IMG/VR virus record: IMGVR_UViG_2585428076_000002
Reading direction: 5' to 3' (one strand)
Source: an uncultured virus (IMG/VR IMGVR_UViG_2585428076_000002)
Lineage: Duplodnaviria; Heunggongvirae; Uroviricota; Caudoviricetes
Length of the DNA: 64,000 nucleotides
Positions within the stretch are counted from its first letter, which is position 1, and every line of letters starts with the position of its first letter. Below, piece after piece: positions 1 to 9,381 of the stretch. The notes under the pieces are model-generated. The model saw only the letters and a list, made by a program, of their open reading frames with translations, did not search any database and was not told the origin of the DNA. The position numbers were made by a program, and so were the translations under genes.

Positions 1-47
1 CTTTTGTCCTCCTTTCCTCAACGGGGTTCCTCTTTCTTTACATTCTC

Positions 48-76
48 ATTATAGCACTTTTAGTCGTAAAAGTCAA
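48..76 (-). promoter_or_regulatory. Sigma70/SigA promoter for a gene starting just left of the window
   Basis: Minus strand TTGACT-17bp-TATAAT with extended -10 TG; AGGAGG RBS at 8-13. Confidence 0.8.
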
Positions 77-118
77 GTTTTTTCCGAAAAAATTTTGCCA
101 AAAGGAACTTTAAGTCGC

Positions 119-151
119 AAAACGGCGAGGGTTGTCAGCCCTCGCCGTTTT
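119..151 (-). terminator. Intrinsic terminator hairpin ending the leftward early operon
   Basis: aaaacggcgaggg / ccctcgccgtttt inverted repeat just past the mazF-like gene. Confidence 0.7.
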
Positions 152-177
152 ATATTTTCACCGGTCGAGCATCTTGC

Positions 178-615
178 TCAACAGGCTATCATACATCTGC
201 CGCAGTTCCGCACACCGGGCTTCGGATTCAGCAAGGCGGGTTTCCAGCATGGGGGGGTCTCATCCCTCGGCTCGGCAGCCGCATGGGGCGCAAGTCCGAG
301 GGAAATCATCATCGCCTCCTCGATGTCCTCCATCTCCTCGGCGGTGACAGCCCCACGGTAGGAACCGAACCGCTCGGTAGACACAGAAGTGATCTGCTCG
401 CACAGAGCCGTGCTTTCACGGCTCAGACTGCTGATGGTGACGTGGGTGGGCAGGTCCCGCTTGGGCTGCGTGGTGAGGTACACAACCTCCACCGTGCCGC
501 TGTACTGATTGTTGCGGTTGTTGGACACCACGATGGCGGGACGCCCCGCCCGCTGCTCACTGCCCACGCTGTACCCGCTCTCGATGTACCAGATGTCTCC
601 GCGCTTAATATCCAT
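178..615 (-). CDS. PemK/MazF-family endoribonuclease; C-terminal tail frameshifted at a C7 tract
   Basis: MDIKRGDIWY..GSEQRAGRPAIVVSNN..ALCEQITSVSTERF motifs; GAGGAGG RBS upstream. Confidence 0.85.
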   Translation of the reverse strand: MDIKRGDIWYIESGYSVGSEQRAGRPAIVVSNNRNNQYSGTVEVVYLTTQPKRDLPTHVTISSLSRESTALCEQITSVSTERFGSYRGAVTAEEMEDIEEAMMISLGLAPHAAAEPRDETPPCWKPALLNPKPGVRNCGRCMIAC

Positions 616-628
616 TGTGCATTCCTCC

Positions 629-1363
629 TCACAAATTGAAGTCCACGTCCGCGTCATCATACTCGGTCCCGTGGGCGTGATTGTAGCTCTTGATGCTTTC
701 GCCGGGGATATAGCTCTCACCGTCAGGCTCAAAACGACCGGCGCGAAGCACACCACGAAGCGTGAGCGTAGAATTGTGCTTGTCCTCTCCCAAGATGGCG
801 TCTGCCTCGTCATCCGTAACGCGCAGTGTCACGCCGAGGCGCATCCACAGCTTATGGCTGGCTGCCGCAGGGACGGGAGGGTTGCGCCGGCAGCTATCGG
901 TTTCCCTGCTGTAATCGCAGTTGCCGGTTCCGCTGTGATGACACTCATCACAGAGCATCAGACGCTCGCCGCAGTAAGGGCAGAAAGCCTTGAACCCGTC
1001 CGTATCGGTGTTCCAGAACATTTCGACCTCGCTCTCACAGTGCGGGCAATACTCGGTGACGATGTTCGTCCGAGGGCCATCCTCGTCCAGATACGCCTTG
1101 CGCAACAGCTCTGCCGCTTGAAATACCGTGTCATCGCAGGCGGGGCAGTTGTCGCAGGTATCACCCTTTGCCCACCGTTCCAGCCGCTCGATGACACTCA
1201 TCGGGTCACTCGACACGACCTTTTCAGCGGTCATGTCGGTAATCTCCGAATCGAAGAAGTTGAATCCTGCGCGGGTGGCCTTGTTCTTTGCCTCCCGCTC
1301 GGACGCAGCTTCTACCTCGACTTCGCCGTAGCGAAGTTCGCTCACTCTGACTTTGTACTTCAT
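629..1363 (-). CDS. Hypothetical protein with CxxC zinc-ribbon motifs
   Basis: 244 aa ORF with CDNC, CPHC, CPYC, CDEC; overlapping start/stop with neighbours. Confidence 0.7.
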   Translation of the reverse strand: MKYKVRVSELRYGEVEVEAASEREAKNKATRAGFNFFDSEITDMTAEKVVSSDPMSVIERLERWAKGDTCDNCPACDDTVFQAAELLRKAYLDEDGPRTNIVTEYCPHCESEVEMFWNTDTDGFKAFCPYCGERLMLCDECHHSGTGNCDYSRETDSCRRNPPVPAAASHKLWMRLGVTLRVTDDEADAILGEDKHNSTLTLRGVLRAGRFEPDGESYIPGESIKSYNHAHGTEYDDADVDFNL

Positions 1364-1749
1364 CCGAATACTACCTCCCCAAACAAAGCATACTGGATAA
1401 TCATGTCGGCTCCGTCAGCATCTACTTCGGACGGGTCGATTGAGCCGCTTCCGGCGTCAATAGCCACAGGCACTCCGTCCTCTACCGCTTGGGCCAATCC
1501 TCGTAAGAACTTGTCCAGCGTCAGCTCCCACTTGTCGCTGCTCTCGGCATCGTAGAGCATAAGAGAGCCGTCACGCGCAATCTGCTCGTGGGCGTACTCC
1601 CCAAGCCTCTTTCCAACGGGCTTTGCGGCTCCGCACCAGCCAGTGATGCCGCCATCCAGTGCGGTACACATGATGTCGTCGATGTCCTGCATTGTGACAC
1701 GGGCCTTGAGTTTCAGTTCCACCTCGAACTCACGGGATTCGTTTTTCAT
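1360..1749 (-). CDS. Hypothetical phage protein
   Basis: 129 aa ORF, GGAGG RBS, operon packing. Confidence 0.7.
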   Translation of the reverse strand: MKNESREFEVELKLKARVTMQDIDDIMCTALDGGITGWCGAAKPVGKRLGEYAHEQIARDGSLMLYDAESSDKWELTLDKFLRGLAQAVEDGVPVAIDAGSGSIDPSEVDADGADMIIQYALFGEVVFG

Positions 1750-1764
1750 ACCTTGCGCACCTCC

Positions 1765-2172
1765 TTACCACGTGCGCAGCAGCCCTGCCGCGATGGAGCG
1801 GCGGGTTCCGATACAGCCAAACTCAGAGCAGTCAGGCATATCGTGGTTGTAGACATAAGCCATAGGCTCGCTGTTCGCCAGATCCTCGCGGTCCTGCGCC
1901 CACTCCTCCGGGTAATCGCTGACGTAAAGGTAGCAATCCATCTTGCCGAAATCCGTGTAGCTGCGGATGACGAGGTAGACGAGCGCGTTGTGCTTCTCCT
2001 CGAAGTCCCTGATGCGCTGCAAGTCCTCGCCCTCGGCCCAGAAGAACGCCCCCACCGGCGGCTCGCTGATGCTCACATAGCCGTCCTCCTCGAACTGCTT
2101 GATGGTCTGCGGGAAAATATCGGCCAGCTTCATGCGCTTGATGGCCTCGGCTTTCTTTTCGTCTCTTGTCAT
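1765..2172 (-). CDS. Hypothetical phage protein
   Basis: 135 aa ORF, AAGGAG RBS. Confidence 0.7.
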   Translation of the reverse strand: MTRDEKKAEAIKRMKLADIFPQTIKQFEEDGYVSISEPPVGAFFWAEGEDLQRIRDFEEKHNALVYLVIRSYTDFGKMDCYLYVSDYPEEWAQDREDLANSEPMAYVYNHDMPDCSEFGCIGTRRSIAAGLLRTW

Positions 2173-2187
2173 TTCAGGTATCTCCTT

Positions 2188-2355
2188 TCAGTCATCGTAA
2201 TCATCGGCGCCGCCCAGCAGGTTCTCTTTCCAATCACGGTATCTGGGAACTCTGCTGAGGGCTTTATCAAGGAGCCAGAGGACAAAGCCTCCGGCTCCGA
2301 AGTAGGCACCGAGCAAGCAAAGGATGAACAGCCCGGTAAACAGGTCTTCACTCAT
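2188..2355 (-). CDS. Small membrane protein (55 aa, not in ORF track)
   Basis: MSEDLFTGLFILCLLGAYFGAGGFVLWLLDK..., one hydrophobic helix; fills an operon gap. Confidence 0.55.
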   Translation of the reverse strand: MSEDLFTGLFILCLLGAYFGAGGFVLWLLDKALSRVPRYRDWKENLLGGADDYDD

Positions 2356-2479
2356 CACAGTCCACCTGCTTTCTCAGCATACGGGCGTACTCGTTGTACG
2401 CATGGACGCTCTCACGGTCATTCCAGTCGGTCTGCTTGTGCTTCTCTGCGAGGAGCGCATAGTATTCGTCTCTCGTCAT
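2348..2479 (-). CDS. Small hypothetical protein (43 aa, not in ORF track)
   Basis: MTRDEYYALLAEKHKQTDWNDRESV...; ATGA overlap with upstream peptidase stop, GAGGAGG RBS. Confidence 0.55.
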   Translation of the reverse strand: MTRDEYYALLAEKHKQTDWNDRESVHAYNEYARMLRKQVDCDE

Positions 2480-3441
2480 TTCAGTTCCTCCTCGTCGTAC
2501 ATATCGCCGTAATAATCGCCCAGCTCGCTTTCAAACAGCATGTGAATCACGTTGTCACCGTGCTCTTTGCGCAGGGCCTCAAGCTCGCCCTCGGTGTAGA
2601 AGTCAAGCAGGGCGGCGTATTCGTCCCGAATATCCTCCGGGACTTTCTTTAGGCTCGGAGCGTCCTCCAACACGAGCGGGTAAGTGCCTCGGCCCCAATC
2701 GCCCCAGCCGCCGTAACCGTATCGGCTGAAACGGTAGCTCTCGATGTACTCGTACTGCGGGAAGTCGGGCTTGGCCGCGTCCGCGACAATTTCCACCACT
2801 TTCTTCACCGTAGCGTTTAGATGCTTGCGGTCGATGTACTCGTGCTGGGTGTGGGCGTTGTAGTAACCGGACGAGAGGTTCACCGCCGCTACGCCGAGCG
2901 CGGGAGCGAGGAGAGAGATGTCGCTGAACGAACCCCATTCCGTTTCAAACCCCTTGCTCGTGATGTACTCCTCAAACTCCGGGTTATCGCAGTCGTAGTA
3001 AACGGCGTCGTTCCTGCCCTTGCGGTCAATCTCGACCAGCATTTTCAGGCTTTCCAGCTCTTTCTTTGGGAGTTTCCCTTTCTGGAAACGGGTGCAGAAC
3101 GCGCTCGCACCAACGCCCCCAACTTCCTCATCACAGGTGAACAGCAGCCACGGCTTTACCGCAGACTGCTCGTAGACCGTCACGAGGGCGTAAACGCCGC
3201 AGCGGTCATCGCCGCCGATTCCCTGCGGGGACATCAGGATGCCGCCGTTCTGCGTCTTGCAGATGTGCTTCACAGGGGTCTTGTGAACCGTGTCGAGGTG
3301 AGCCACCAGCATAATCGGGGCCTCTCCGCGAACAAGGATATAACTGTTCTTGCAAACCGTCGTGCGGCCTTTGAACCGGTCGCACAACTTGGAAAACAGT
3401 TCTTTCTGGGTGGGCATCAGGAAATCTTCTAACTTTTTCAT
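2476..3441 (-). CDS. M28/M20-like zinc peptidase
   Basis: LVAHLDTV, GGDDRCG, DEEVGG, EIDR, HT..E metal-binding motifs. Confidence 0.8.
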   Translation of the reverse strand: MKKLEDFLMPTQKELFSKLCDRFKGRTTVCKNSYILVRGEAPIMLVAHLDTVHKTPVKHICKTQNGGILMSPQGIGGDDRCGVYALVTVYEQSAVKPWLLFTCDEEVGGVGASAFCTRFQKGKLPKKELESLKMLVEIDRKGRNDAVYYDCDNPEFEEYITSKGFETEWGSFSDISLLAPALGVAAVNLSSGYYNAHTQHEYIDRKHLNATVKKVVEIVADAAKPDFPQYEYIESYRFSRYGYGGWGDWGRGTYPLVLEDAPSLKKVPEDIRDEYAALLDFYTEGELEALRKEHGDNVIHMLFESELGDYYGDMYDEEELK

Positions 3442-5114
3442 ACCGCTTCGTCCTCCTCTTTCTCGTCGATGACGGCTCCGCACTCAGGGCAGGTCCCGTC
3501 TTCACATCTCTCAATCATCGTGTCGCAGTGCGGGCAGATTTCGTAAGAATCCATGCAATCCTCACAGACGTAGGCGTGGTCGCCGTCACGCAAGGTAACG
3601 AACGTCATTTCCTCTCGGATGTGGTACTCACCGCAGCCCTCGCACTGCTCGTAATATCTGTCGCGGCAGTCCTCGCAGACAAGAACCTCATCGCCACGGG
3701 CGTTCACAACCTCCGTCATATTGTCCGTGTGGTGATAATCCTCACATTCGTAGCACTCACTGCAATACTCATCGCGGCAGCTGTCGCAGTAATATCGGTC
3801 GTCAATTTCTGTGATGCAGTCGTTCGGCCAATACTCCCCGCAGCACTCGCAGTAGGCAAAGTTCTCATCGCGGCAGTCCTCGCAGACCTCGATCCAATTA
3901 CCGCGTCTGTCTCTGACGGAATACAATTCCTCGTCAACATATCCCTCACAGCACTCGCAGTAATTACCGCCGCGACCGTCCTTGCAGTCCTCGCAATAAA
4001 CTCCGTAGCTTGTCTCGCAGCCGCAGGAAACGCAAAGGCCGTAGCTCCCGACAACGAGGCTTCTGAAATCCTCCTCGTGGTCGGCGCGGATGCTCACCTT
4101 GCCGTCGAAGTTCTCGTATTCCCAATCGGGATAGCCGCCGAACCCGTCTCCGCGCTCAACGCAGAAACTCTTTTCTCCAACCGTCGGATAGGTCTTCCAC
4201 AGGTTCGGAACATTTTCCAGCATCGAAATCTCGCGCTGAATGAGGTCGCGGTACAGCTTGGAATCCTCGCTGGCCCCGTAAACGCCCCCGGAGGTGTTAT
4301 ACATCCGGCTCTGCAAAAGCAGCCCGTTCCCCGGTTTGTATGCGAAAACCTGCCGTGTGGTCTTGCGGTTGTTCAGGGTTTCCTTGTCGGCGGGGTCTGC
4401 CACGGTGAACGCGATGAACGAAACCTTATCCCGCGCATAGCCCGTGCAGCCGTTGTTGTACTCGTACTCGGTCGAGTTGAACGAATGGCAGCTCGTCAGG
4501 GTCGTACCGCGATGGTCGCCTTTCGGATTGCTCATCGTGATGAAATGCGCCGGGTTGATGGAGACGTACAGCTTGAACCCGATTTTCTTCGAGGTCAGCT
4601 CGTCCGCAAACTGCGCGTACAGCCTCTGGAAATCGCTGCCCGCCGTTTCATCCGCAACGCCCAGCGCCTGACAAAGCGCCTTGAAAACGCGGCTCTTTTT
4701 CTTGTTCGGGGCGTAGGCTTTCGGGGCAAGCTGCTTGATGGCCGCGATACCCTGCTCCTCGTAATTGGGGTCATAGAAAAACCGAATAGCCTCATAAATG
4801 AGGTTTCGGTTGTCCGTGCGGTAAATCGCCTCGCTCAAGATGTCAGTCCCCAGCGAGTAGATCCGGTCGGGGTCAGGGTCGTGCGTTCTGGTCCCGTTGA
4901 TAACCAGAGCGTCAAGATTGGCGTCCCACACGGGAGACTTGCTGAACAGCTCTCGCAGCTCCTGCTTCGCATAGCAGCTGTCGGACGCAAGCTGATTCAC
5001 AAAGTTCGCTGTGCAATCGTCCATAACGCTCGTCTGGTCGGTGTGCTTGCCGTAATCGCTGATAGCCTGCCAGATATTCTGTTTCGTGCGCTCAATGAGT
5101 TCACTCATGTCCAT
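3438..5114 (-). CDS. Large protein with C-terminal tandem zinc-ribbon (CxxC) repeats
   Basis: 558 aa; more than ten CxxC pairs in repeated VCEDCRD..Y..CE.C units. Confidence 0.8.
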   Translation of the reverse strand: MDMSELIERTKQNIWQAISDYGKHTDQTSVMDDCTANFVNQLASDSCYAKQELRELFSKSPVWDANLDALVINGTRTHDPDPDRIYSLGTDILSEAIYRTDNRNLIYEAIRFFYDPNYEEQGIAAIKQLAPKAYAPNKKKSRVFKALCQALGVADETAGSDFQRLYAQFADELTSKKIGFKLYVSINPAHFITMSNPKGDHRGTTLTSCHSFNSTEYEYNNGCTGYARDKVSFIAFTVADPADKETLNNRKTTRQVFAYKPGNGLLLQSRMYNTSGGVYGASEDSKLYRDLIQREISMLENVPNLWKTYPTVGEKSFCVERGDGFGGYPDWEYENFDGKVSIRADHEEDFRSLVVGSYGLCVSCGCETSYGVYCEDCKDGRGGNYCECCEGYVDEELYSVRDRRGNWIEVCEDCRDENFAYCECCGEYWPNDCITEIDDRYYCDSCRDEYCSECYECEDYHHTDNMTEVVNARGDEVLVCEDCRDRYYEQCEGCGEYHIREEMTFVTLRDGDHAYVCEDCMDSYEICPHCDTMIERCEDGTCPECGAVIDEKEEDEAV

Positions 5115-5559
5115 TTTCTTTTAACCTCCTCAGCATTCCGTCGTTGATGTAATTCGCAAAGATCCAGTTGCGGCAGGTTCTCTGCCGGCGGGTGAAGTGT
5201 CCCGGCGGGTTCGGGACGTAGCTCTGGAAATCAACCCGCTTGGCGTCCGTAATCGTCAGCCGGATATTGGCGTTGTCCACGAACACCGTCTCGCCCGGAG
5301 CGGGAATGAACGCCACGTGTGTGTTCTGGTGGTAATTGAACCCCGCGCTCAACCCGCAGAGGTAATACGCGACCGCTTTGGGATTCTCTTTCACGTCGAT
5401 GTCGATGAGCGCGTGGGGCTGGTGCAGGGTCCCGTGATAGACCCTGCTGTCCCGATTGCCGATGAAACACTCGGCGCAGCATTTGTAGATGTTCACGGCC
5501 TGAATGTCCCTCAGCCAAAAGAACTCGTGGTATCGCTTAACTTCCAATGTCAGGTGCAT
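5101..5559 (-). CDS. Hypothetical protein, paralog 1 of a three-member family
   Basis: Shares FFWLR, CCAxCFIG, YYLCGLS, NTHVAF, CRNWIFANY with 19160-19594 and 52928-53398. Confidence 0.8.
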   Translation of the reverse strand: MHLTLEVKRYHEFFWLRDIQAVNIYKCCAECFIGNRDSRVYHGTLHQPHALIDIDVKENPKAVAYYLCGLSAGFNYHQNTHVAFIPAPGETVFVDNANIRLTITDAKRVDFQSYVPNPPGHFTRRQRTCRNWIFANYINDGMLRRLKENGHE

Positions 5560-5984
5560 TATTCAGCCTCCTTTTTCTTTCGCCCGCGCTTCTTCGGCGC
5601 GGGTTTTTCTTTGGTCTTTTTCGTAACCGGCTCGCTGACCGCCCAGCTCAACTGGACCTTGAAGCTGCCGTCGCCCATCCGCTCGATGGTGCAGTTCCAG
5701 CCGGCGCCATCGGCGACCATCTCGTCCTCCTCGCGGTTGGTGCTCGCCGCAGCGTCCTGGATTTTCGCCAGCATCTCGTCAGCGACGATTTGCAGCGCCT
5801 CCGCAGCCTTGAGATATTCGCCCAGCCAATAGGCGGCTTTCTTGTAGCTGCGGACGGTGTAGGTCGCCTCAGCTTGGAGGCGGCCCGTCCCGATCACGAT
5901 GTCCATGACGTTCTCGTGCTCGACGAAATTCGCCTGTCCGGGTTCGTGAACCTTGACCCAACGGCCCTGTTTCAACTCTGCCAT
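5559..5984 (-). CDS. Hypothetical protein with basic C-terminal tail
   Basis: 141 aa ORF, AAGGAGG RBS. Confidence 0.7.
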   Translation of the reverse strand: MAELKQGRWVKVHEPGQANFVEHENVMDIVIGTGRLQAEATYTVRSYKKAAYWLGEYLKAAEALQIVADEMLAKIQDAAASTNREEDEMVADGAGWNCTIERMGDGSFKVQLSWAVSEPVTKKTKEKPAPKKRGRKKKEAE

Positions 5985-6073
5985 GATTTTGTCCTCCTTG
6001 ATTTATGTACTTGCCCTGTCATCATCAGGCCGGGTGGGGCAGTTCCCGGCGACGCCCTTTCGGGCGTTTCGAC

Positions 6074-6220
6074 TTAGATTGCTTTCAGCCGCTTTATGTA
6101 CTCGCGCTCAGATTTGATGTATTCAATGTCGTCCTCACTGGGACCGTTCTCGGATTGAATCAGTTCTTCAATGAACCTGCGCAACGCGCCCTCCATGATG
6201 TCGATGATTTTCTTATCCAT
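6074..6220 (-). CDS. Small hypothetical protein; first gene of the currently promoterless leftward operon
   Basis: MDKKIIDIMEG... with AAAGGAG RBS about 45 bp from att site A. Confidence 0.6.
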   Translation of the reverse strand: MDKKIIDIMEGALRRFIEELIQSENGPSEDDIEYIKSEREYIKRLKAI

Positions 6221-6249
6221 CTCGAAGTCTCCTTTCTTGACTGTGAGTG

Positions 6250-6295
6250 TTTTGCTCAAATCCAGCAGACTATTGAGATAACAAAGATTGCAAAA
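6250..6295. other. att-like site A (left end of invertible segment), core GA at 6275-6276
   Basis: Left arm caaatccagcagac matches caaatgcggcagac of site B at the same distance from the core; lies at the strand switch. Confidence 0.75.
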
Positions 6296-6766
6296 ACCGT
6301 GATAATCCTTGCTATGGCGCCGCTATTGCTTACAGCCTGCGGAACAGACGCTGGCAGCCAAACGGTTTTGCCGAAACCCGAGATGGCGACCAGCCAGCCG
6401 GAGTATCCAGAGGTAAAAGAAACGCCCGTCCAGAATGTGTGGACGGACGAAGAACTTGAGGCTATGGTGCTCACCCTTGCGGGAGAGTGCTATGACGACA
6501 AGGAACACGATAAACGCCTTGTCTGTGAAGTGATTCTGAACCGTGTCAGTGATGGCCGGTTTGGAGATTCCGTTTTAGAAGTTGTCTCCGCGCCGAATCA
6601 GTTTTCGGGCTATTGGGAGCAGTCCCGTGAGATTACCGAGAACGACTACGACGTGGCGACCGAGGCTCTTGAAGACTGGTATGGAAGCGGATGTGAAGCC
6701 CTTTCCGATTACCTGTTCTTTGTGGCCGGTGACAACCGTGAGAACGTATTCCGTTGTGAATACTAA
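6277..6766 (+). pseudogene. SleB/Hydrolase_2-type cell wall hydrolase lipoprotein lacking its own RBS/start (start lies at 18151-18153 on the - strand)
   Basis: Lipobox LLLTAC; LAGEC..VCEVILNRV..VVSAPNQFS motifs; no RBS or ATG before the basic N-region of the signal peptide. Confidence 0.7.
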
Positions 6767-6794
6767 TCAATAAATTTCTAAGGAGGACAAAACC

Positions 6795-7241
6795 ATGCTC
6801 GAAATGAAACTCACCATCGAGGCGCCCGAACTGGCAAACGCGCTGAACAATCTCGCCGCTGCTCTGGGTGCAAGACCTTTCCCGACCGCACAGCAGGCCC
6901 CCGCAGCGGCCTCTACGCAGCCCCAGCCCGTTGTGCCTCAGCAGGCTCCCGCCGCACCTGTGCAGCAGCCTATGCCGGCTCCCGCTCCTGTGGCTCCTAT
7001 GCCTGCTCCTGCCACCACTGCGCAGCCTAATACGCCCGTGGCCGGCGTACCTCTCGCACAGCCGCCCAAGTACACGGTGGACCAGATTATGGCTGCCGGC
7101 GCTCAGCTGATGGACGCAGGCAAGGTGAACGACCTGATGAACCTGCTCCACTCCTTTGGCGTTCAGGCTGTCATGGATCTGAAACCTGAGCAGCTGGGCG
7201 CGTTCGCTACCGCTCTGCGTGATATGGGGGCGAAGATTTGA
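6795..7241 (+). CDS. Pro/Ala/Gln-rich hypothetical protein of the DUF2800 replication module
   Basis: 148 aa, AAGGAGG RBS, low-complexity linker. Confidence 0.75.
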   Translation: MLEMKLTIEAPELANALNNLAAALGARPFPTAQQAPAAASTQPQPVVPQQAPAAPVQQPMPAPAPVAPMPAPATTAQPNTPVAGVPLAQPPKYTVDQIMAAGAQLMDAGKVNDLMNLLHSFGVQAVMDLKPEQLGAFATALRDMGAKI

Positions 7242-8416
7242 GCGCCCATGCGCTCCTCTCGCCGTCCAGTGCGCACCGCTGGCTGAACTGCCCTCTGGCC
7301 CCACGGCTTGAGGCGCAGTTACCTGAAAAGCCAAGCGAGTATGCGAGAGAGGGAACGATTGCGCACAGCATCTGTGAGGTCAGCGCCAAGCTGCACTTCA
7401 AGAAAATCAAGAAGACCGAGTACAACAAGGTCGTAAAAAAGTACAAGGCCGATCCGCAGTGGGACGACGAGATGTTGCAGACTGCGGAAACCTATTCCGA
7501 GCACCTTGCTGAAAGAGCGATGGGATTCGACAACGAGCCATACATCGCTTTCGAGGTTAAGGTGGACATATCCGATGTGGTCCCCGAAGCCTTTGGCCGA
7601 TGCGACTGCATCATGTTCGGCGGTGATACTCTCGTCATTACCGACTATAAGCACGGGAAAGGCGTACCTGTTTCCGCGTCGGACAACCCGCAGCTGAAAC
7701 TCTACGCTCTCGGAGCGTTGAAGCTCTACCAGCCACTTTTCGGCAGCTCGCTGAAAAACGTGGAAATCACCATCGACCAGCCCCGTATCAATCTCTACGA
7801 CACGTGGGGATGTAGCGTCGAAGACCTGCTCGCTTGGGGCGAGGAAATCAAGCCGAAAGCGATGATGGCCTACATGGGCTTTGGCGAGTACCACGCAGGC
7901 AGCTGGTGTCAATTCTGCCGAGCCAACGGCATCTGCAAAGCTCAGGCCGCACAGCAGATTGGGGCGTTCGACGATTTCAAAGACGCGGTTGAGAACCGCA
8001 ACGTGGCACTTCTCTCCCCTGATGGCATGAGTGATGTGCTTGCACGGGGCAAGGACCTCGTGGCGTGGTATGAGGCCGTGAAGAAGCGGGCGCTTGAGGT
8101 CATGCTTAACGGCGAGAAAATCCCCGGCTGGAAAGTTGTCGAGGGCCGCAGCTCCCGTGTTTGGAGCAATCAGGATAAGGCTCTCGATACGCTCATCGAG
8201 AACGGTATTGACCGGGCAGTCATTTACGACAGTGTTCCCAAGACACTGGCGCAGCTCGAAAAGGTTCTGGGCAAGAAGAAGTTCGAGGAGCTGGTCGGCG
8301 AGTTTGTTGTGAAGCCGCAGGGCAGCCCGACCCTCGCTGATGAGAATGATTCCCGCAAGGAGTTCAGCAGTGCCGCCGCCGATTTTGCGGAGGTGGCTGA
8401 CAATGGCTCGAAATAA
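7238..8416 (+). CDS. DUF2800-family PD-(D/E)XK (Cas4-like) exonuclease
   Basis: HALLSPSSAHRWLNCP, FGRCDC, TDYKHGKG, QLKLYALG, WCQFC..C. Confidence 0.85.
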   Translation: MSAHALLSPSSAHRWLNCPLAPRLEAQLPEKPSEYAREGTIAHSICEVSAKLHFKKIKKTEYNKVVKKYKADPQWDDEMLQTAETYSEHLAERAMGFDNEPYIAFEVKVDISDVVPEAFGRCDCIMFGGDTLVITDYKHGKGVPVSASDNPQLKLYALGALKLYQPLFGSSLKNVEITIDQPRINLYDTWGCSVEDLLAWGEEIKPKAMMAYMGFGEYHAGSWCQFCRANGICKAQAAQQIGAFDDFKDAVENRNVALLSPDGMSDVLARGKDLVAWYEAVKKRALEVMLNGEKIPGWKVVEGRSSRVWSNQDKALDTLIENGIDRAVIYDSVPKTLAQLEKVLGKKKFEELVGEFVVKPQGSPTLADENDSRKEFSSAAADFAEVADNGSK

Positions 8417-9314
8417 ATACCCCGGCTACTGCTATTGCTGCGGCAGTTGGGTAGAACCCGGATATGGACACTTCGAGAGGCACAACGGCGGCTGGCGCAT
8501 TAAATGCGTGAAATGCGCCAGCGGTCGGGTCCTCACAGAAGATGACCCCGGAGTTAAGTGGGCAAGAAAAACAGTGCAGAGTGAAATCGAAAGGAGAAAA
8601 ACAGTTATGTATAACAATGTGCCTACGAAAGTTCTGACCGGCGAGGTTCGCCTGTCCTATGTCAATCTCGTGCAGCCGAGGGTGAATAACAACGACCCCA
8701 CGGCTACCCCCAAGTATTCCGTGACACTGCTTATCCCCAAGACTGACACGGCGGTCAAGCAGAACATCGACGCCAGCATCGAGGCTGCCGCTGCCGATGC
8801 GCAGGGCAAGATTTGGAACGGCGTTCGCCCTCCTGTCATGCCTATCCCCATCCATGACGGTGATGGCGTCCGCGAGAACGGTACGCCCTACGGTCCTGAG
8901 TGCAAGGGCTGCTGGGTCATTACGGCCAGCTCCAAGAACAAGCCGCAGGTAGTCCACCAGAGCGACATCAACACCGAGCTGCTCCCGCAGGACATTTACA
9001 GCGGTATGTACGCCCGCGTGACGATCAACTTCTTCGGCTACAACCGTGCGGGCAAGCGCGGTGTGGGCTGCGGGTTGGGCAACGTGATGAAGACCCGCGA
9101 CGGCGAGGCACTTGCCGGCGGCGCCAGCGCAGCAGCTGATTTTGCCGGTGTCGGTATGGAGGCCGGCGCTCCCGCTACTCCCGCCTATGGCGCGGCTATG
9201 CCAGCCACTCCGGGGCAGATGGCATATCCCAACACGGGTATGCAGCAGCCAAACCCGCTGGGCGTCCAGCCGGGGGCAATCAATCCCTTAACCGGCCAGC
9301 CGTACTTTGGATAA
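8403..9314 (+). CDS. DUF2815-family ssDNA-binding protein (internal start 8607) in frame with an upstream zinc-finger peptide
   Basis: VRLSYVNL..KYSVTLLIPK..IYSGMYARV..GVGCGLGNV..DGEAL motifs; second RBS before ATG 8607. Confidence 0.8.
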   Translation: MARNKYPGYCYCCGSWVEPGYGHFERHNGGWRIKCVKCASGRVLTEDDPGVKWARKTVQSEIERRKTVMYNNVPTKVLTGEVRLSYVNLVQPRVNNNDPTATPKYSVTLLIPKTDTAVKQNIDASIEAAAADAQGKIWNGVRPPVMPIPIHDGDGVRENGTPYGPECKGCWVITASSKNKPQVVHQSDINTELLPQDIYSGMYARVTINFFGYNRAGKRGVGCGLGNVMKTRDGEALAGGASAAADFAGVGMEAGAPATPAYGAAMPATPGQMAYPNTGMQQPNPLGVQPGAINPLTGQPYFG

Positions 9315-9321
9315 ATCGAGC

Positions 9322-9362
9322 AAAGGCGCACGGCCACCCATAAGTGGTCGTGCGCCTTTTTC
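9322..9362 (+). terminator. Intrinsic terminator-like hairpin after the SSB gene
   Basis: aaaggcgcacggccac / gtggtcgtgcgccttt followed by a T run. Confidence 0.6.
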
Positions 9363-9381
9363 ATTAAGGAGGATAAACGCT

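Noticed and set aside
6005..6312. 253-aa N-terminally extended hydrolase from the ORF track, or a start at ATG 6313
   Set aside because: The extension overlaps an opposite-strand gene and buries the signal peptide; ATG 6313 has no RBS and leaves too short a signal peptide
7238..8416. Cas4-like nuclease as part of a CRISPR system
   Set aside because: No repeat-spacer array or other cas genes seen; context is the standard DUF2800-DUF2815-PolA module
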